64,000 bases of DNA from Vicinamibacteria bacterium (GTDB taxonomy: Bacteria > Acidobacteriota > Vicinamibacteria > Marinacidobacterales > Marinacidobacteraceae). This document shows, piece after piece, positions 59,158 through 64,000 of this stretch. The position numbers and the translations under genes were made by a program. The stretch's first letter is position 1. The number at the start of each line of letters is the position of its first letter. A model generated the notes under the pieces. That model saw only the letters and a list, made by a program, of their open reading frames with translations, had not been told where the DNA came from and searched no databases. The stretch spans positions 3,488,001 to 3,552,000 of the forward strand of contig OY821641.1 in the NCBI GenBank assembly GCA_963555995.3. Direction: 5' to 3'.

Positions 59158-60648
59158 CTATCCCCTCAGGTACGCGTTGCGGAGGAGGGGTTTTTGGACC
59201 TTGCCGGAGGGGGTGCGGGGGATGGTGGCTACGAAGACGATCTCGCGGGGGCGCTTGTAGCGGGCGAGGCGGTCGGTGCAGTGGGTGATGAGTGCTTCTG
59301 CCGAGATTTCCGCCGCGCGGACGACGTGGGCCACCGGGGCTTCGCCCCAGCGGTCGTCGGGGACGCCGAAGACGGTGCAGTCTTCGACGGCGGGGTGGCT
59401 CGTCAGGGCGGTCTCGACCTCGGAGGGGTGGATGTTGAAGCCGCCCGAGATGATGATCTCGCGGGACCGTCCCACCAGGGTGACGTAGCCGTCTTCGTTC
59501 GCCCTCCCGAGATCGCCGGTCCAGCCCCAGCCGTCGCGGAAGTAGCGGGCCGTCTCCTCCTCGTCGCCGAAGTAGCCCTCCATCAGGTAGCGGCCGCGGG
59601 TGACCAGTTCGCCGACCGTTCCTGGCGGGACCGGATTCCCGTCCGCGTCCACGATCCGGAGTTCCACTCCTTCGGCCGGCCGGCCGACGGTGCCGGCGTG
59701 TTCCTCCGTGTCCTGGGGCTTGAGGATCGTGAGCGGCCCGGTCTCGGACTGGCCGTAGTGGTCGGTGTAGCCGCAGTGCGGAAGCGCCTTTCGGCATTCC
59801 TCGATCAGGCCGGGCGGGGTCGGGGCGCCCCCGACGCCGATGTTCTTCAGTGAGGTCAGCCGTCTCCGGTCGAAGGCCGGGGAGCGGAGCAGGTCGCGCA
59901 CCTGGACCGGAACCAGGAACACCGAGGAGATCCCGTGGCGCTCGGTTGCGGCGATGAACTCCGCCGGGTCCCACTTGCGGAAGATGACCGACGTGCAGCC
60001 GCGGAGGATCGCGGCCTGGTACCAGATCATCAGGCCCACGGCGTGGAACATCGGGACCACCACCCCGACGACGTCCTCCTCCGTGATCCGGTGTTCGCGG
60101 GCGGTGCTGTCCGCCGAGACGTAGCGCGCGGTGTGGCTGACCACCGCTCCCTTCGGCCGGCCGGTGGTGCCGCCGGTGAAGGTCATGGCGACCGGCGCCG
60201 AGGGGGCGACTGCCCGGTCCGGCGGGCGGTCGGACACCGCGGCGAGCGCGTCTTCGAAATCCGGACTGCCGGCGACCATCACCGTCGGAACCGCGTTCCG
60301 GACCTCGGCGCCGATCTTGTCCTGAACCGCTGCGTCCACCAGCAGAAGCCGCGGGCGGGTGCGCTCGACGATCTCCGCGATCTCCGCCGCCGCGTAGAGG
60401 GGCGGGATGTGGACGAGCACGCTGCCGGCCCGGGCGTTCCCGAAATGGACGACCGCGTACTCGGGACTGTTGAACAGCAGGGTCGCGATCCGGTCTCCGG
60501 GGCCTACCCCGCGCGCGATCAGGAAGTTGGCGAAGCGGTTGGCCAGCCGGTCGTACTCCCGATAGTCGAGCCGCCGACCGTCCGTGATGATCGCCGTCTT
60601 CTCCGGGGCCCGCCGGGCGGCGAGCCGGAGGATCTCACCCAGCTCCAA
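59158..60648 (-). CDS. Class I adenylate-forming enzyme (acyl-CoA ligase-like)
   Basis: FTGGTTGRPKG, YGQSE, TGDLG, SGKV. Confidence 0.92.
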   Translation of the reverse strand: MELGEILRLAARRAPEKTAIITDGRRLDYREYDRLANRFANFLIARGVGPGDRIATLLFNSPEYAVVHFGNARAGSVLVHIPPLYAAAEIAEIVERTRPRLLLVDAAVQDKIGAEVRNAVPTVMVAGSPDFEDALAAVSDRPPDRAVAPSAPVAMTFTGGTTGRPKGAVVSHTARYVSADSTAREHRITEEDVVGVVVPMFHAVGLMIWYQAAILRGCTSVIFRKWDPAEFIAATERHGISSVFLVPVQVRDLLRSPAFDRRRLTSLKNIGVGGAPTPPGLIEECRKALPHCGYTDHYGQSETGPLTILKPQDTEEHAGTVGRPAEGVELRIVDADGNPVPPGTVGELVTRGRYLMEGYFGDEEETARYFRDGWGWTGDLGRANEDGYVTLVGRSREIIISGGFNIHPSEVETALTSHPAVEDCTVFGVPDDRWGEAPVAHVVRAAEISAEALITHCTDRLARYKRPREIVFVATIPRTPSGKVQKPLLRNAYLRG

Positions 60649-60664
60649 CGGACTCGCCCCGGGT

Positions 60665-61912
60665 TCAGACCGCTCCGACGCTGAGGTCTTCCGGAAGTCG
60701 GGCCATCGCCTCCATGGGGCCGAAGATGCTCTCCACCCCGGAACCGAAGACGTTGCCCGAGAGGATGTCGATGACCCCCTGCCGGCATTCCGGATGCGCC
60801 TTCAGAAAGTCCGCGAAGTTGAAGTCGCGGTCGTAGAAGGCGTACACCAGCTTCCGGAACGCCCGCATCCCGGCGATGAACGGGTCCGCGAAGGCTCCGA
60901 GCGTCGCTCCGGACAGGTCATTTTGTGTCAGTCCGTTGCAGATGGCGTCCGCTGCCCACTCCCCGGACCGGAGGGCGAGCAGCACCCCGGTCGAGTAGAT
61001 GGGGTCGAGGAACGCGAACGCGTCGCCGACCAGCACCCAGCCGTCGCCGGCGATCCGCTCGGCGCAGTAGGAGAAGTCCTGCACCACCCGGACCGGGATT
61101 GCCTGTTCGGCGCCCCGGAGGCGCTCCTCGAGGGCCGGGCAGTTCCGGATCTCGGCATCGAAGCGGGCCTGGGGGTCGCCCGTGCGGTCCATCAGATGGT
61201 CGAGGTCTCCCACCACCCCGACGCTCACCATCTCGCCTGCGAGCGGGATGTACCAGAACCAGGAGTCCCGGTTCCGGGTGTGCATGATCAGCGTCGCGCC
61301 CTCATCAATGCCGGGATCGCGCTTCGCGCCGCGGAAGTGGCTGAAAATGGACACCTTGCGGAGGTGCGGTTCGGCAACCTTGAGCCCAAGCTTGCGGGCA
61401 ATCAGCGCGCTCCGGCCGGTGGCGTCCACCACGACGCGCGCCGGAAGCTCGAACGCGGGGCCGTCAGCCGCCCGGGCGCGGACCCCCACCGCGCGGCCGC
61501 CGTCGAAGAGGACGTCCTGCACCTGGATGCCCCGGCGGACCTCGACGCCCCGATCTCCGGCGTTCTCCAGCAGGAGCGCGTCGAATTCGCTGCGCCGCAC
61601 CTGCCAGGTGGTGGAGCGCTCGTGCGGGTCCGTCTCCGAGAAGTAGAACGGCGCCGACCCGCGGCCGGACGCGCTGAAGAACTGGACGCTGTGCTTCTTC
61701 TGGAAGTGGCTCCTCTTCAGCCGCTCCACGAGGCCGAGCCGCGCGAAGGTCTCGTAGGTGTAGGGCACGAGCGATTCGCCGACCTTGAAGGGCGGCGTCT
61801 TCTCCCGCTCGAGGAGGGCGACCCGGAAGCCCCCCATGGCGACGAGCGTTGCCGCCGTAGCGCCCGCGGGACCGCCGCCCATGACGACGACGTCCAGGTT
61901 CTCGGACCGCAC
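60665..61912 (-). CDS. FAD-dependent halogenase-like oxidoreductase
   Basis: GGGPAG, VGESL, DATG, WFWYIP, GDAFAFLDPIYSTG. Confidence 0.85.
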   Translation of the reverse strand: MRSENLDVVVMGGGPAGATAATLVAMGGFRVALLEREKTPPFKVGESLVPYTYETFARLGLVERLKRSHFQKKHSVQFFSASGRGSAPFYFSETDPHERSTTWQVRRSEFDALLLENAGDRGVEVRRGIQVQDVLFDGGRAVGVRARAADGPAFELPARVVVDATGRSALIARKLGLKVAEPHLRKVSIFSHFRGAKRDPGIDEGATLIMHTRNRDSWFWYIPLAGEMVSVGVVGDLDHLMDRTGDPQARFDAEIRNCPALEERLRGAEQAIPVRVVQDFSYCAERIAGDGWVLVGDAFAFLDPIYSTGVLLALRSGEWAADAICNGLTQNDLSGATLGAFADPFIAGMRAFRKLVYAFYDRDFNFADFLKAHPECRQGVIDILSGNVFGSGVESIFGPMEAMARLPEDLSVGAV

Positions 61913-61951
61913 GGAATCAGGATAGAGACAAGAACCGTCGCTTCGCGTTCA

Positions 61952-63265
61952 TCAGACGTAGGCGACGCCCCGGTTCTCCGGCTCATAGAACGCGGGGAGC
62001 AGCGAGTCCACCTGAAGGAGACCCTGTGGTGTAAGACGAATTGTGTCACGATCAACCGTCGCCATGCGCTCGCGCTCCAGCTCGCTGAACGCGGGACCGA
62101 ACTCGTCGGTCAGCTCCACCCCGAACTTGTCGCGGAAGTACGAAGGGTCGAGGTACCCGAGCTTCAGTTGCAGGATCGTCTCCCGGATCAGGCGCTCCTT
62201 CGGAGACGTGGCGAGAGCCCGATCCAGGGGAAACGACCCCCGTTCGAGCGCCTCCAGGTAGGCGTCCCAGGACGAGGTGTTCTGATAATGCACACCCCCA
62301 AGGTGGCCAAAAGATGACACTCCCGTAGCCATCATGTCGGCGCCACGCCATAAAGCGTCACGGTAGGTGAAGCGCGCCCCCCGTCCCTTCTTCTTGACCG
62401 TGTAGGCGCTCGAAGGCTCGAAGCCGGCCTTCGCGAACTCCTCGAACGCGTAGGCGTGCCAGTCGCGGCGCGTCTGCCAGCTCGCGAAGAGCGGCGCATC
62501 GCGGTCGCCGTCGAGAATCTTCTTCGCGTACACGGTGTTGTAGGGCAGTTCCATCTGGTACACGGTGACGCTGTCCGGGTCGAGATCAATCGTCTGCTGC
62601 ACCGTGTCCCGCCACAGCTCCCAGGTCTCGCCGAGCATTCCGGCGATCAGGTCCACGTTGACCTGCTGGAAGGCGGCGTCCCGGATCCACGGCATGCACC
62701 GGTAGATCTCCTTCGTGGTGTGGGCGCGTCCGTTCTCCCGCAGGATCGCATCGTTCATGTGCTCGAGGCCGAGGCTCAGCCGCGTGACCCCGATGTCCCG
62801 GATCGCGCGGACCTTGGCCTCGGTCAGGGTGCCCGGCTCGCACTCGAACGCGACCTCGTCCACCTCCGACCACGAGAAGGCGTCCTTCATCCGGACGACC
62901 AGCCCGAGAAGCTGCTTCGGACTGATGAACGACGGGGTCCCGCCGCCGAAGTAGACGAAGTGCAGGGGCCGGCCCGCGAGGTACGGCTGGGCCGCATAGA
63001 ACTCGATCTCCCGCGCCAGCCCGTCGAGGTACCGCTCAACCTCCTTGCTGTTCTTGTCGGTATAGACCCGGAAGTAGCAGAACTTGCACCGCTTCCGGCA
63101 GAAGGGAATGTGGAGATACAGCCCGAGGTCGGGCGGTTCCGGGCCCGGCGGCGCGCCGAGGACTTCGTGAAGCGCCGGCACCTGGTCCGGGTTCCAGCGC
63201 GAGTAGGGCGGGTAGTTGGAGACGAAGACGTTGCCGAGGTCGGATTCGGTGGCTCGCTCGGTCAT
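61952..63265 (-). CDS. HemN-like (class C type) radical SAM protein
   Basis: YLHIPFCRKRCKFC, YFGGGTPS, NVDLIAG, HemN-type C-terminal domain. Confidence 0.9.
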   Translation of the reverse strand: MTERATESDLGNVFVSNYPPYSRWNPDQVPALHEVLGAPPGPEPPDLGLYLHIPFCRKRCKFCYFRVYTDKNSKEVERYLDGLAREIEFYAAQPYLAGRPLHFVYFGGGTPSFISPKQLLGLVVRMKDAFSWSEVDEVAFECEPGTLTEAKVRAIRDIGVTRLSLGLEHMNDAILRENGRAHTTKEIYRCMPWIRDAAFQQVNVDLIAGMLGETWELWRDTVQQTIDLDPDSVTVYQMELPYNTVYAKKILDGDRDAPLFASWQTRRDWHAYAFEEFAKAGFEPSSAYTVKKKGRGARFTYRDALWRGADMMATGVSSFGHLGGVHYQNTSSWDAYLEALERGSFPLDRALATSPKERLIRETILQLKLGYLDPSYFRDKFGVELTDEFGPAFSELERERMATVDRDTIRLTPQGLLQVDSLLPAFYEPENRGVAYV

Positions 63266-63361
63266 TTCTCAGGTCCCGGCGCTTGCGGGAGGCTCGCTGT
63301 TCAGCAGAAGAAGCCGGATTCTACCGGCTGGTTGGGCCGGAAACGGGATGCCGGGACCGCC

Positions 63362-64000
63362 TCAGCGGCGGCCCAGGGTGACCGGGATGCCGTGGCGCGG
63401 CTTCAGCGTCACCAGCGCCTCCGTCTCGATGGGATGGCCGGGAACGACGCGCATCCGGAACCGCGGCACGAGCCGGGCGAGGATCAACTGGATCTCGAGC
63501 ATCGCCATCCCGGCCCCGATGCAGGTCCGCGGCCCCGCTGCGAACGGCAGGTAGGCGAAGAAATCCCGCTCCTCCGCCTGCTGCGGCGCGAACCGGTCCG
63601 GGTCGAAGCGCTCCGGGTCGGGCCAGAACTCCGGATGCCGGTGGAGCGCCCAGGTGACGATCGCGACCGGGGCGCGCGCCGGCAGCGCGTAGTCGCCGAG
63701 TTCCGTCGCCCTCTCGGTCCGGCGCACGAACCCCCAGACCGGCGGGTAGAGGCGCATCGCCTCCTGCACGACCTGTTTCAGGTACGGGAGCCGGGCGAGG
63801 TCCTCCGTCGCGGCGGGCTCGCCGTGCAGGTTCGCCGCGAGGTGTTCCACGAGCCGCTCCTCGATTTCCGGGTGGGTAGCGAGCAGGTAGAGCGTCCACG
63901 AGAGCGCCATCGCCGACGTCTCGTGCCCGGCGAGGATGAGCGTCACCACCTCGTCCCGGATCTGCCGCTCGTCCATGCCGTCGCCGGTCTCCTCGTCGCG
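63362..64000 (-). CDS. Cytochrome P450 (5' part outside window)
   Basis: AGHETS, EAMR (ExxR), PERFDPDRF, FAAGPRTCIG heme Cys. Confidence 0.95.
   Translation of the reverse strand, partial: RDEETGDGMDERQIRDEVVTLILAGHETSAMALSWTLYLLATHPEIEERLVEHLAANLHGEPAATEDLARLPYLKQVVQEAMRLYPPVWGFVRRTERATELGDYALPARAPVAIVTWALHRHPEFWPDPERFDPDRFAPQQAEERDFFAYLPFAAGPRTCIGAGMAMLEIQLILARLVPRFRMRVVPGHPIETEALVTLKPRHGIPVTLGRR

Noticed and set aside
61952-63265. True HemN completing the heme pathway
   Set aside because: It lies outside the hem operon among tailoring enzymes, and the ChdC route does not require HemN.
135-63899. Many long antisense or alternate-frame ORFs (e.g. 5208-7142, 15428-17329, 23557-25632, 60584-62317)
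   Set aside because: They are shadows of real genes in high-GC DNA, with biased composition and no motifs.

Overview
High-GC bacterial chromosomal window, most likely a diderm (it encodes a TonB-dependent receptor). The gene content resembles Acidobacteriota, but that is inference only. It holds about 60 CDSs and two tRNAs (Glu-CTC, Arg-ACG). (1) A tightly coupled heme operon hemA-C-D-B-L-[sensor kinase-response regulator]-hemE-chdC-cpfC ends in a monoamine-oxidase-type flavoprotein where HemY/CgoX would be expected. (2) Just downstream is a hidden selenoprotein candidate: a secreted thioredoxin/PDZ protein split by the ORF caller at an in-frame TGA in a CxxU motif, with a SECIS-like hairpin and a CxxCH motif. 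(3) A defence-type island carries an EcoRV-like restriction-modification pair, an AAA/DUF4143 ATPase, an orphan Phd-like protein, a Fic protein and a phased ~32-bp repeat array. (4) A modular family of GGAG-type REP/REPIN palindromes shows compensatory mutations, a nested insertion and one copy inside a coding sequence. (5) The right edge carries part of a candidate biosynthetic cluster (P450, HemN-like radical SAM, flavin halogenase-like enzyme, AMP ligase). Also present are an ACC deaminase, two TA pairs, a frameshifted amidohydrolase and a clear ArsR promoter/operator. All calls come from reading motifs by eye; no database searches were run.
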